The notes under the pieces: generated by a model
What the model saw: the letters and a program-made list of their open reading frames with translations, nothing else
Told to the model about the DNA's origin: nothing
Databases searched by the model: none
Program-made: the position numbers and the translations under genes
Shown here: one piece after another, positions 1 to 9,100 of the stretch
How the letters are laid out: each line of letters begins with the position of its first letter
How positions within the stretch are numbered: position 1 is the first letter of the stretch
IMG/VR virus record: IMGVR_UViG_3300025108_000363
Span: 1-24,752 of that record
Direction: 5' to 3' (one strand)
DNA length: 24,752 nt
From: a virus
Lineage: Duplodnaviria > Caudoviricetes

Positions 1-2
1 GT

Positions 3-287
3 TTCCGAGTCAAGGATGCTGATTACATTAAGGAAACCGACGGACTAATGATTAAGGACGCTGAATTATTCGAGGTATCAGTTGTATCTGTACCCTGCAA
101 TCAGTCAGCTACTTTTTCGCTCGCGAAATCATTTGACTCTATAGACGAGTACAATGAATTCAAAAAAACTTTCACAAATCGTGTAGATCTAGCAGGTCAG
201 TCTCTGGCTAAGGAAGAAGTTATTACTTCGGGAATAGCTAGTGACACACCTCAAAGCGCGGAGAAATCCGTAGATCAGGAGATCAAG
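3..287 (+). CDS. HK97/T5-type prohead protease, C-terminal part plus linker (5'-truncated; no stop, continues in frame into the major capsid protein)
   Basis: Frame is open from base 3: FRVKDADYIKETDGLMIKDAELFEVSVVSVPCNQSATFSLAKSF. The ELFEVSVVSVPCN motif is typical of caudoviral prohead serine proteases. The ATG at 48 in the ORF track is internal. Confidence 0.88.
186..281 (+). promoter_or_regulatory. Putative structured RNA element ending at the capsid Shine-Dalgarno (AGGAG 277-281)
   Basis: Nested complementary segments found by eye: 186-191/271-276, 194-197/248-251, 200-202/243-245, 204-210/235-241, 216-220/225-229, and 259-262/267-270 closed by a GAAA tetraloop. Confidence 0.55.
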
Positions 288-1652
288 ATGGATAATCAAA
301 ACATCGACTTGGAAGCTTTTGCAAAGAAGGTAGCTGACGATACAGCTGCTAAGATTGCTATGAAGCAAGCCGAGCAAAAAGCAGCTGAAGAAGCAGAAGC
401 AAAAGCAGCCGCTGAACAGGCTTCATTCGTTGAAGCACAAGAAATCAAAGTTAAGACTGGTATCCAGTCTGGCGTTGAGAAGTTAATGGGTGACTTCGAA
501 GCTAAGCTGACTGAAAAAGACGCTAAGATGGACGAAGTACTTGCCTCATTCAAAACCGAACTAGAAGAGAAGTCTTCTGAAATCGAAGCTATGCGTAACA
601 GCAAGCGTACTTTCGGTGACCGTTCTGAGAAAGGCGATATCACTAAGTGGGGCAAAGACTTCATGCACGCTTCATTGCTTGGTACTATGACTGGCAAAGG
701 CATGAACACTGACTTCGCTCAGGGTATCATGGAAAAAGCTGGTATTGACTATGCTACTAACGCTGGCGACATCGATCAAGAAGTTGCTCGTCAAATCGAA
801 AAAGAAGTTACTCTAAACTTGCGTACAGCTGGTCTGTTCCGTGAGATTCAGGTGAATGGTGCTGCTACTGTAATGCCAATCCAGCCTGACGTAGAGGCCG
901 CTACTTTCCAAACTGGTGCAGCTGCAGCAGGTAACTTGGAAAACCGTGGTGCTTCTGACAACACTTACAAGCCTTCACAGGTAATCTTGAACGCTTACCG
1001 TTTGATCAGCCAGACTTTCATGGACAACAACGTAGATGAGCAAGTTCTCATCAACTTGATGCCTATGCTTGTTGACTCAGTAGCACGTGCTCACGCTCGC
1101 GCTGTTGATAACGCTATCATCAACGGTTCTGGTTCTATCACTGGTCTTGACGGCTATGCCGCAGCTAGCGGTTCTAGCATTGACCTTGATGGCGCTTCAG
1201 TCGCTTCAGGTAACTCAGCTACATTGACTGCAGCTGGCCTTCTTACTGCTCGTAAGGCTATGGGCAAGTATGGTGTTAACCCTGCTGATGTTGCTTACAT
1301 CGTATCACAAGCTCGTTACTTCGAACTCATCGAAGATGCAGGCTTCCAGGATGTAACTGACGTTGGTTCTGACATGGCGACTAAGATCACTGGTCAAATC
1401 GGTTCTGTATTCGGTTCACCTGTAATCGTATCTGACAGCTTCGCTACTGAAGGTGCTGGTGTACCTGTAGCCTTCGCTGTTAACGCTCGTAACTATGTTA
1501 TCCCACGTCTACGTGGCGTAACTGTTGAGACTGACTATGAAGTTGGTAATCAGCGCAACGTAGTAGTTGCTTCACAAGCCTTAGGCTTTGAAGAGCTAGT
1601 AGCCGGTGCAACTGGTAACGAACCTGTAGTTAAGATTGACTGCGTAGCTTAA
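288..1652 (+). CDS. Major capsid protein, HK97 fold, T5 pb8-like, with N-terminal coiled-coil scaffolding (delta) domain; 454 aa from the internal start
   Basis: AGGAG at 277-281 lies 6 nt before ATG 288. An Ala/Glu/Lys coiled-coil N-terminus precedes HK97-type motifs (AHARAVDNAIINGSG, GSVFGSPVIVSD). Codon bias suggests high expression, and a terminator follows. Confidence 0.93.
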   Translation: MDNQNIDLEAFAKKVADDTAAKIAMKQAEQKAAEEAEAKAAAEQASFVEAQEIKVKTGIQSGVEKLMGDFEAKLTEKDAKMDEVLASFKTELEEKSSEIEAMRNSKRTFGDRSEKGDITKWGKDFMHASLLGTMTGKGMNTDFAQGIMEKAGIDYATNAGDIDQEVARQIEKEVTLNLRTAGLFREIQVNGAATVMPIQPDVEAATFQTGAAAAGNLENRGASDNTYKPSQVILNAYRLISQTFMDNNVDEQVLINLMPMLVDSVARAHARAVDNAIINGSGSITGLDGYAAASGSSIDLDGASVASGNSATLTAAGLLTARKAMGKYGVNPADVAYIVSQARYFELIEDAGFQDVTDVGSDMATKITGQIGSVFGSPVIVSDSFATEGAGVPVAFAVNARNYVIPRLRGVTVETDYEVGNQRNVVVASQALGFEELVAGATGNEPVVKIDCVA

Positions 1653-1669
1653 TTTAAAAGCAAAACGAG

Positions 1670-1696
1670 AGGGGAGTTCGCTCCCCTTAAGTTTTT
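1670..1696 (+). terminator. Intrinsic terminator after the capsid gene
   Basis: AGGGGAG-TTCG-CTCCCCT hairpin followed by TAAGTTTTT. Confidence 0.8.
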
Positions 1697-1708
1697 AGTA
1701 ATGGACTT

Positions 1709-2293
1709 ATGGCAAATTTAATCACATTAGATGAATATAAAATCTCTGAAAACATTCAGAGCACAAAGGAAGATGCTCGCATCAATTCTTTAATTACTGC
1801 CGTAAGTCAATTAGTGAAAACTTACTGCGGAACAACTATTGTAGATCACTACTCTAGTGATAAAACAGAAGAGTTTAGCATAAACTGGTCTACAAACTTG
1901 GTTCAGCTTACAGAGAGTCCTTTTGTAAGTATTACTTCCGTACAAGAACGAGAAGACTTCAGTAAGGCATATACTACTGTTGCTTCCACAGAATATTATG
2001 TAGATGGCTCCACAGACAGCGTGTATCGAGTCACTACAGACGGCACTAGAAAGAACTGGCCTACAGGCCCAGGTGCTGTAAAGATTACTTACAAAGCAGG
2101 ATACTTAGAGTGTCCCGCAGACTTACAACTTGCTGTTATTGATTTGATTACATACTATGTAAAAGACGAGCACAAAGCCCGTCAAACACTTCAAGGCGCT
2201 AGCATTCAAAACAACTCTTCTTCAAGTCAGAGAAATAATGTAGCATTTCCTGATCATATTAAAAGAGTGTTGGATCTGTATAAGAACTTTTAA
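1709..2293 (+). CDS. Head completion / head-tail adaptor protein (T5 p144-like)
   Basis: Lies right after the capsid gene. Motifs LITLDEYK, ITYKAGYLECPADLQLAV and FPDHIKRVLDLYK are typical of gp6/gp15-type adaptors. Confidence 0.85.
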   Translation: MANLITLDEYKISENIQSTKEDARINSLITAVSQLVKTYCGTTIVDHYSSDKTEEFSINWSTNLVQLTESPFVSITSVQEREDFSKAYTTVASTEYYVDGSTDSVYRVTTDGTRKNWPTGPGAVKITYKAGYLECPADLQLAVIDLITYYVKDEHKARQTLQGASIQNNSSSSQRNNVAFPDHIKRVLDLYKNF

Positions 2294-3597
2294 TGAGTAG
2301 ACAGGCTTTTGACAGAAAATTCACAAAGCCTCTGCTTAGAAAATTGGATGCAGAAGCTCGTAAAGCTGTAACTCGTCAAAGAGGGCAGCTTTTAATTTTA
2401 GCAGATACAAAAGAATTACAAGTTGCTATAGAAGCTGCTACAGGACATAAGCCTAAACCTGCTCACTTAGCAAAAGCTTTAAAAGAAGCACAGAATCACG
2501 CTAAAAAGTTACAAAGTAACTTCAAGACAAGAAACAAACGAAGATATAATGCAATAGTATCTAAGTTACCAGAAATACGACTACCGTATACTTTAAATAC
2601 GGATATGTTTATAGTAAGTAGTTTTTCTAGATCTATTACTACTATTAAGAACACTATGTTAAAGACCCTGGTAGCATCAGGAGCAATCTCAGATGCAGAC
2701 TCTAAAACAGTATCTAAGAATCTGCACAAAGGTCACGGAGCTAGAGGTAATGCAGTTTCGCAGGTTCAGATAGCTTCCTCTGTTTCGGGACTAGATGCTG
2801 CAACTAAAAAACTACTTCTTTACAATTTAGAAGGACAGTTCAGATCAGGCAATATAGACAGCATCTCCCATAGAGAGATAAAAAGGCTTATTACTGATGG
2901 AGAGCAAATAGTAACAAAAAAGGGTAAACTTACTGCAAATTATGTTTCTGTTATTGCCTTTCAGCTTGGAGACGATAACATAAAAGACTCCGTCGAGGAG
3001 AAAGCAGTAAAAAAAGTTTTCCGAAAGTTTATAGGGGAGCTTACCCCAGACCTTTTAAATATGGAAGGGTCTTCTACCTTAAAGGAAAAAGCAGCAGCAG
3101 TAGTTACTGAAAGTTTTAAAGGTAAGAAAGGAGTTAAGGTTAAAAGCAAATCAGTACAGCTTAAAACTAAAACTAAAAGTAAAAGTAAAGGTGCAAAAAC
3201 ATCTGCTTCGGTAGCTCTAAGCGCAAAAAGGTTAAAAACAAAGAAGAAAAAGTCGAGAGCAAAAGCAACTGCAGCTTCTCAACCTTTAGCTATGGTAGCA
3301 CTACTTAACAAAAAACTGCCTAATACAGTTAGAAAAAATATGCAAAATCCTCAACTAATAAATAGAACAGGTCGATTTGCAGATAGTGTAAAAGTTGTTG
3401 ATGTAATGCCTACCCCACAAGGGTTTCCTAGCTTTGGGTACACTTACCAGAAAAACCCTTATCAAGTATTTGAAGAGGGAGCCGGAGCCCAACCTTGGGC
3501 AAACGGTGAAAGAGATCCTCGAGATCTAATTGACAAATCTATAAGAGAAATTGCAGCAGAATTTGCAATCGGAAGATTCTACACTAGGAGAGTTTAA
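2293..3597 (+). CDS. Tail completion / neck protein (T5 p143-like), unusually long and basic
   Basis: C-terminal LINRTGRFADSVKV...YTYQKNPYQVFE...RDPRDLIDKSIREIA resembles T5 p143. Syntenic, with TAATG coupling at both ends. Confidence 0.72.
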   Translation: MSRQAFDRKFTKPLLRKLDAEARKAVTRQRGQLLILADTKELQVAIEAATGHKPKPAHLAKALKEAQNHAKKLQSNFKTRNKRRYNAIVSKLPEIRLPYTLNTDMFIVSSFSRSITTIKNTMLKTLVASGAISDADSKTVSKNLHKGHGARGNAVSQVQIASSVSGLDAATKKLLLYNLEGQFRSGNIDSISHREIKRLITDGEQIVTKKGKLTANYVSVIAFQLGDDNIKDSVEEKAVKKVFRKFIGELTPDLLNMEGSSTLKEKAAAVVTESFKGKKGVKVKSKSVQLKTKTKSKSKGAKTSASVALSAKRLKTKKKKSRAKATAASQPLAMVALLNKKLPNTVRKNMQNPQLINRTGRFADSVKVVDVMPTPQGFPSFGYTYQKNPYQVFEEGAGAQPWANGERDPRDLIDKSIREIAAEFAIGRFYTRRV

Positions 3598-4049
3598 TGG
3601 CAACAAGAGACTATACAACACGAAGACTTGGTATTATTGCTGCTCTTGTTGAGAAGTTAAAAGATATTGACGGGTCTGGAACGTTTCTAAGTGATGTGAA
3701 TGAAAACGTTTCTCCTCGTTTAAAGTTCTGGGATGAAGTAGAAGAGTTTCCAGCAATACATTTAAATGCTGGCTCAGAATCAAGAGAGTACCAAGGAGGC
3801 GGTTATAAAGATAGATTTCTTGCAGTAACTCTCCGTTGTTATGTACAATCAGAAGATGCAGTAGAAGCTCTAGACGAATTACTAGAAGATGTAGAAACTG
3901 TATTAGAAGACAACTCTCGTTTATCGTATACTGATCGCACAGGTGCTATTCAGTCTACACAACAAATCACAATAATCAGTATAGATACTGATGAAGGTGT
4001 ACTAGAACCTCTAGGAGTAGGAGAAATACTTATAGAAGTTCGTTACTAG
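3597..4049 (+). CDS. Tail terminator protein (T5 p142-like)
   Basis: Motifs EVEEFPAIHL and SIDTDEGVLEPLGVGEILIEVRY resemble T5 p142. Lies immediately upstream of the tail tube gene. Confidence 0.85.
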   Translation: MATRDYTTRRLGIIAALVEKLKDIDGSGTFLSDVNENVSPRLKFWDEVEEFPAIHLNAGSESREYQGGGYKDRFLAVTLRCYVQSEDAVEALDELLEDVETVLEDNSRLSYTDRTGAIQSTQQITIISIDTDEGVLEPLGVGEILIEVRY

Positions 4050-4112
4050 AAAATACTGGCACGAGCAAACGTTCACGTCCATGTCTTTTCAAGAAATCAT
4101 AGGAGATTAACT

Positions 4113-5225
4113 ATGGCAAATTCTTTACATTTAAGCCGCGAAGTAAAAGTCTATGTAAAATTTGGAACCAAGTATTGGGAAATTCCAGTTTTAGACGGCT
4201 TCAGCTTCTCGCAAGCTACAAACACAGCAGAGGTAACCCTTAAAGAAATGGCAGGGGCTTCCAATGCTAATAGACGAGCACGTAAGTTATTTACAGACTC
4301 ATTGGCTCCAGCAGAGTGGAGTTTCTCTACTTATGCGCGTCCGTTTACTCGTGACGTATCAAGCGCAGACGAACATCACGCAGTAGAAGAAGTTCTTTGG
4401 GCAATGATGGCAGGTGCAGAACACGCTGAGTATAATTCTACTTCAGATAAGTGGACTGATGTTATTGATAATACTGCTACTAAGGCAACTATTGACTTTG
4501 AAAGCTCTAACCTTTTAACCTTCCCAACAGCTACTATTTATTTCAAGTTCCCAGCAAATGGTGGTTCTGATCTTTGGTATGAGTTAGAAGACGCTACAAT
4601 TAATGAGTGTCAAGCTGACTTCGATATTGACGGTATTGCTACTCTAAACTGGTCAGGAATGGCTAAGCAAATTAAAGAGCCTTCTAGCGCTCCTACTGTA
4701 AGTACTTTAGAAGTAACTGCAGGAGAGCTTACTAACACTGCTAACTTTATTCGTAACCGTTTGAGTACTCTTGCTCTTACTACTTCAGCAGCAGGTAACC
4801 TACTCGCCGCTTATAACTTAGTATTAACAGGCGGTAGTATCACTATTACAAACAACGTTGAGTATGTAACTCCTTCTAGTTTGGGTATCGTGAATGTTCC
4901 TCTGGGCCACGTAATGGGTACTCGTTCTGTTTCAGGCAGCGTAACTTGTTACATAGACCATAATGCTGCAGCTTCTGCTGATCTTATGGAAGACTTACGT
5001 CTTGAAAGCGATAAAGAAACTAATTCGTTCTCTCTTAAACTACAAGTGGGCGGTGCAGATGCTGCTCCTGGTATTGAGTTCGAATGTCCTAAAGCACATT
5101 TGGAGATTCCAAGCCACACAGTTGAAGATGTTATTGGTATGGAGTTAAACTTCCATGCACTACCAACAAATATCTCCTCTGCGGATGAAGTAAAAGTTCA
5201 TTATAAAGGCATTTCTTCTCAGTAA
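4113..5225 (+). CDS. Major tail tube protein (T5 pb6-like)
   Basis: RKLFTDSLAPAEWSFSTYARPF and DIDGIATLNWSG resemble pb6 motifs. Shine-Dalgarno AGGAG at 4101-4105. Confidence 0.9.
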   Translation: MANSLHLSREVKVYVKFGTKYWEIPVLDGFSFSQATNTAEVTLKEMAGASNANRRARKLFTDSLAPAEWSFSTYARPFTRDVSSADEHHAVEEVLWAMMAGAEHAEYNSTSDKWTDVIDNTATKATIDFESSNLLTFPTATIYFKFPANGGSDLWYELEDATINECQADFDIDGIATLNWSGMAKQIKEPSSAPTVSTLEVTAGELTNTANFIRNRLSTLALTTSAAGNLLAAYNLVLTGGSITITNNVEYVTPSSLGIVNVPLGHVMGTRSVSGSVTCYIDHNAAASADLMEDLRLESDKETNSFSLKLQVGGADAAPGIEFECPKAHLEIPSHTVEDVIGMELNFHALPTNISSADEVKVHYKGISSQ

Positions 5226-5235
5226 TAGAGGCATC

Positions 5236-5277
5236 AAAAAAATAATTCTTGACATAGGAGGTCATTTCGACTATACT
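5236..5277 (+). promoter_or_regulatory. Sigma70-type promoter with A-tract UP element
   Basis: AAAAAAATAATTC, then TTGACA (5249-5254), a 17 nt spacer and TATACT (5272-5277). 21 nt are identical to the promoter at 20846. Confidence 0.88.
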
Positions 5278-5294
5278 ATGAAATAGAAAATCGA

Positions 5295-5326
5295 AGCAGG
5301 GGTGATTTTTCACCCCTGTTTTATTT
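5295..5326 (+). terminator. Intrinsic terminator
   Basis: CAGGGGTGA-TTTT-TCACCCCTG is a perfect 9 bp stem followed by TTTTATTT. Confidence 0.8.
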
Positions 5327-5353
5327 AGACAACTTTACAACAAAGGATATAAA

Positions 5354-5779
5354 ATGAACGAAACCCAACCAATTTCACTAGCGAGTCTTATGACCCCTAG
5401 TAAAACTGTAGCAATTGACTTCCCTGGCTTTAAGGGTATGTCAGTAAAACTCTGTTATCTAGCACGAGAAGAACTAGTAAAACTACGAAAAAAATGTGTA
5501 ACTAACAAGTTCAACAAAAAGACTCATCAACCTGAAGAAATTCTAGATGAGGATAAATTCTTAGTAGAGTATTGTAAGGCAGTAATCAAAGGATGGTCAG
5601 GCCTGAAGTATCGTTACCTAGAAGAGCTTCTATTGGTAGATGTCTCGGCACTTGACGCAGATGATGTGTTGCCTCACACACAAGAAAATTCAGAACTACT
5701 TATGAGAAACTCTGGCGTGTTTGATACATGGGTTACAGAGACTGTGAGTGAACTGGAAAATTTTACTGGAAACAAGTAA
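5354..5779 (+). CDS. Tail assembly chaperone (lambda gpG analogue, T5-like)
   Basis: Lies between the tail tube and tape measure genes, contains a VIKGWSGL motif, and has a slippery sequence near its 3' end. Confidence 0.82.
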   Translation: MNETQPISLASLMTPSKTVAIDFPGFKGMSVKLCYLAREELVKLRKKCVTNKFNKKTHQPEEILDEDKFLVEYCKAVIKGWSGLKYRYLEELLLVDVSALDADDVLPHTQENSELLMRNSGVFDTWVTETVSELENFTGNK

Positions 5780-5800
5780 GCCAGATACGGGGTTTACTTG
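5758..5800 (+). promoter_or_regulatory. Programmed -1 ribosomal frameshift signal
   Basis: In-phase heptamer A AAT TTT (5758-5764), an 8 nt spacer, then a 10 bp hairpin CAAGTAAGCC / GGTTTACTTG (5773-5800, one G-U pair). Confidence 0.75.
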
Positions 5801-6192
5801 AAAGATTCGTAAAAGAAGACGATCAATCCATCGATGTAGATAAATACTTATCTATATGTGAGCAACTTGGACAAGAGCCAGACCCCAATAAGATGCCGCT
5901 GGAGATCTCAGACTTTCCCTCTGAGGTCCAAGTGGCATTTTTTATATTCAGCTACCTTGAAGATAGATTTGAAGGAATGTCCGGACAGTACATGGGCAAA
6001 TCCTGGAATAATTTACAGTATTTATTTGAGTTGTTCGATGTAGAAGATAAGGCAGAAGTTTTATACATAATGAAAATGTATGAAGGAATAATAGTCAAAC
6101 ACTACTCAGATAAAGCAGAAAGGAAAAGAAAGGCAGAGGAAAGAAAGTCTGCGAGCGGTGGAAAACAGTACACCCATAATGTGAAAGGCTAA
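5761..6192 (+). CDS. Second tail assembly chaperone segment (gpT analogue), probably made as a -1 frameshift fusion; the track's ATG 5893 is likely internal
   Basis: The -1 frame is open from 5752 to 6192 (FYWKQVSQIRGLLERFVKEDDQSIDVDKYLSICEQLGQEPDPNKMPLEISDFP...). No Shine-Dalgarno is evident before ATG 5893. Confidence 0.75.
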   Translation, partial: FYWKQVSQIRGLLERFVKEDDQSIDVDKYLSICEQLGQEPDPNKMPLEISDFPSEVQVAFFIFSYLEDRFEGMSGQYMGKSWNNLQYLFELFDVEDKAEVLYIMKMYEGIIVKHYSDKAERKRKAEERKSASGGKQYTHNVKG

Positions 6193-9100
6193 TGGCAGAT
6201 ACAATAACAGTAAAGTTTAAAGTTATGGAAGACGGTAGCTTAAAAGCTATCGGAAAAGATGCAGATAAAGCCGCAGCTGCACTTGACAAAACTTCAAAAA
6301 GTGCCAGAACTGCAGACCGTAATATCAAAGGAGCGGCTCAGGCTTCTGCGAACGGTACTAAAAACTTTTCAAAAATGGCTCAAGGTATGGGTGGCTTAGT
6401 AGGCGCTTATGCAACTTTTGCAGCCAGTGTATTCGCTTTATCTGCCGCATTTAACTTTCTAAAGAATGCCGCAGACGTAGCCCTTCTAGAACAAAGTCAA
6501 GTTCAGTTCGCTCAAAATAGTGGTATCGCTATGGAGAGTCTCACCAATAAACTAAGAGCAGCTTCCAAAGGAATGCTAGACTTTCAGTCTGCCGCAGCAG
6601 CTTCCGCAATGGGACTAGCTAAAGGTTTTTCCTCTGAGCAGATGGATGAAATGGCAGAAGGTGCACTTAAAGTTTCCAATGTTCTAGGACGAAACTTTAC
6701 AGATTCTTTTGATCGATTAACAAGAGGTGTGTCAAAAGCAGAGCCTGAATTACTCGACGAATTGGGTATCACCCTTAAACTAGAAACCGCAAAAAGAAAA
6801 TATGCAGAATCTTTAGGTATTTCAGCAGACGCTCTTTCGTCTGCCGATGCTTCACAAGCAGTATACTTAGAGACTATGGAACAGCTAAATAAAGTTGTGG
6901 GAGACGCAGAAGGACAAGCAAACCCCTTCATGCAGCTAGCTGCTACCTTCAATGATTTAGCCAAAACACTCTCAGGTTTTATACTCCCTCCCTTCGAAGC
7001 TTTAGCAGGTTTTCTTAACAAAAATGCCGCAGTAGCTGCTCTATTTTTTGGAGCAATTGGTATGGGCATCATAAAGAATATGCCCTTTGTCGCAGAGGCA
7101 AAAGAGGCTATTTCATCTTTCTTCGATTCCCAGGAACAAAAAGCAGACGAAGCTAAGTCCGCAATGGCAGCTTATGCAGAAGAAATCAAAAAGACTAAAC
7201 AAGCAGCCGCCAGCCTACGAGAAGAAGGCGGGGCCGAAGTAAAATCAGGTGCTAGCAAAGCCGTAGAAGCTGGCTCCACTTCAAAAGTACTAGCAAGAGC
7301 AGCGTCAGGCGAAATGAAAGGAGCAGATAAATCTAATCTAAAGAAAGCTCTTAAGTCCGCTGAAAAACAGTATAAGGAACACGGAAAAATTACGAAAGGC
7401 ATTTTCAAAGACGTTGGTATAGATATTGCAAGAGAAATTGGAAATGGTTTAAAGAAAACAGAGACCCAAACACGAAGCACCGGTCAAAAAATAAACGGTT
7501 TCTTTAAACGCATACAACTACGTTCAAAGGTTGTAGGTACAGCACTCAAAAGAGGTTTAGCAGGTGGATTTAAAGCAGTAGGTAGAGCAGCTACTATGGC
7601 AGGCAAAGCTATGAATATGGCTATGAAAGGTACTGTTATTCTAGGAATTATTCAGATGATCTATGATATGATCATGGCAGTAGTAAACGCCCCTAGAACT
7701 ATGCTTGATGGAATTATCAAAGGTATTAAGTTTGCTCTAAAAATGATACAAGGTATGGCAAATATGGCTATTAGTCTTGTAAACTACTTAAAAGAGCAGC
7801 TCAACAAAATACCTGGAGTTAAGCTGGAAATGTCTGAGGATTTTACTTTCGGAGATGATTTAGGAAAGAAAATAGAAGAAGGCATAAAAAACTCAAGTAT
7901 CTATAAAGCCGCAGATGCGCATCAAACAGCTAGAGAAGAGGCCTTGGGCTATAAAGACAGTTTAGAGCAAATACGAAACACTGCAAAAGACTTAGGAAAA
8001 GAACTAGATACTATTACTAAAGGTAAAGTATTTGACAAAGATGCTGTAAATAGCGCAGGCGAGAAGACTTATGATCCTCTAAAGGCAGATAGGGCTAAAG
8101 CTAATACTATGCAAAGCCTTCCTGTTCTGGATATGATGAGAGAGCTTGATGAGCTCCTACCTAGACTAGAGAAAAACGAGCTAGGTGAGATGATTCCTAA
8201 AGGAGATGCTGAACTCTACTCACAAGGTCTAAAGAAAATCGGACTTGAAATGCAGGGTTTGGAGAAAATATCTCCTGCATTTCATAAAGCTGTAATCTCT
8301 GGTAATACTGCAGCGGTTCAGGAAATGACCGAAAATGCCGGTAAGTTTAACCGCAATATCGAAGAAGCCCATAATCAACTAGGTAACATGAGTTCGGCTC
8401 TTAAAGGAGCAAGCTCCGAAGCCGTACTAAGTTATGTAACAAACATAGAAAAACTAGGAACCTCTGCGGAAGACGCAGGAAAGTCACTAGGACTAACCTC
8501 CGATGTTCAGAAAAAGATAGACGAGAGATTCAAAGCAGCAGGTGGGGTCGATCAGTATATTGAAAATTTAAGAGCAGTAGAAGCAGAAGAAAAGCGTATT
8601 GCAAACGAAAAAAGTGTTAATGCAATTGCCAAAGTCGATGCGGGTGCAAATTTAAACTCTGCTTTCGGGCAAAGAGAACAACTTGAAATAGCACATAAAG
8701 AAGCTATTCTTGCTTTAGATGAAAAGCATGCTGCTCTCGCTAAACTAAAGAATGAAGATGTTCTGATTATGGATCAGGTACAGCAAGAGATACACCAAAA
8801 AGCAATGGAGCAAGGACAAAGAGAAATAGAGCTTGCAGAAGCAAAACGAGATGCAGCTAAAAAGGCCGCAGACGAAATGGCTCAAATGGGTTTAAAGATT
8901 GGTGACTCTTTACAGAGTAATATGGAAAGTGCATTTAACTCCCTTATAGACGGAACTAAATCCGCAAAAGAAGCCTTTGCAGATATGGCAAAAGCTATAC
9001 TTGCAGATATTGCAAAAATGATTACTAAAATGTTAGTAATGAAGATGTTAGAGAGTGCTCTAGGCGGTACAAGTTTCGGTAATTTCCTAGGAATAGACGG

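Noticed and set aside
48-50. ATG 48 as the start of a 534-aa capsid protein
   Set aside because: The frame is open upstream to the window edge and encodes protease sequence. The SD-supported capsid start is at 288.
5256-5286. Perfect AGGAGGT in the promoter spacer and mini-ORF ATG AAA TAG at 5278
   Set aside because: The SD-to-ATG distance of 15 nt is too long and the ATG lies upstream of the likely TSS, so there is no support for a leader peptide.
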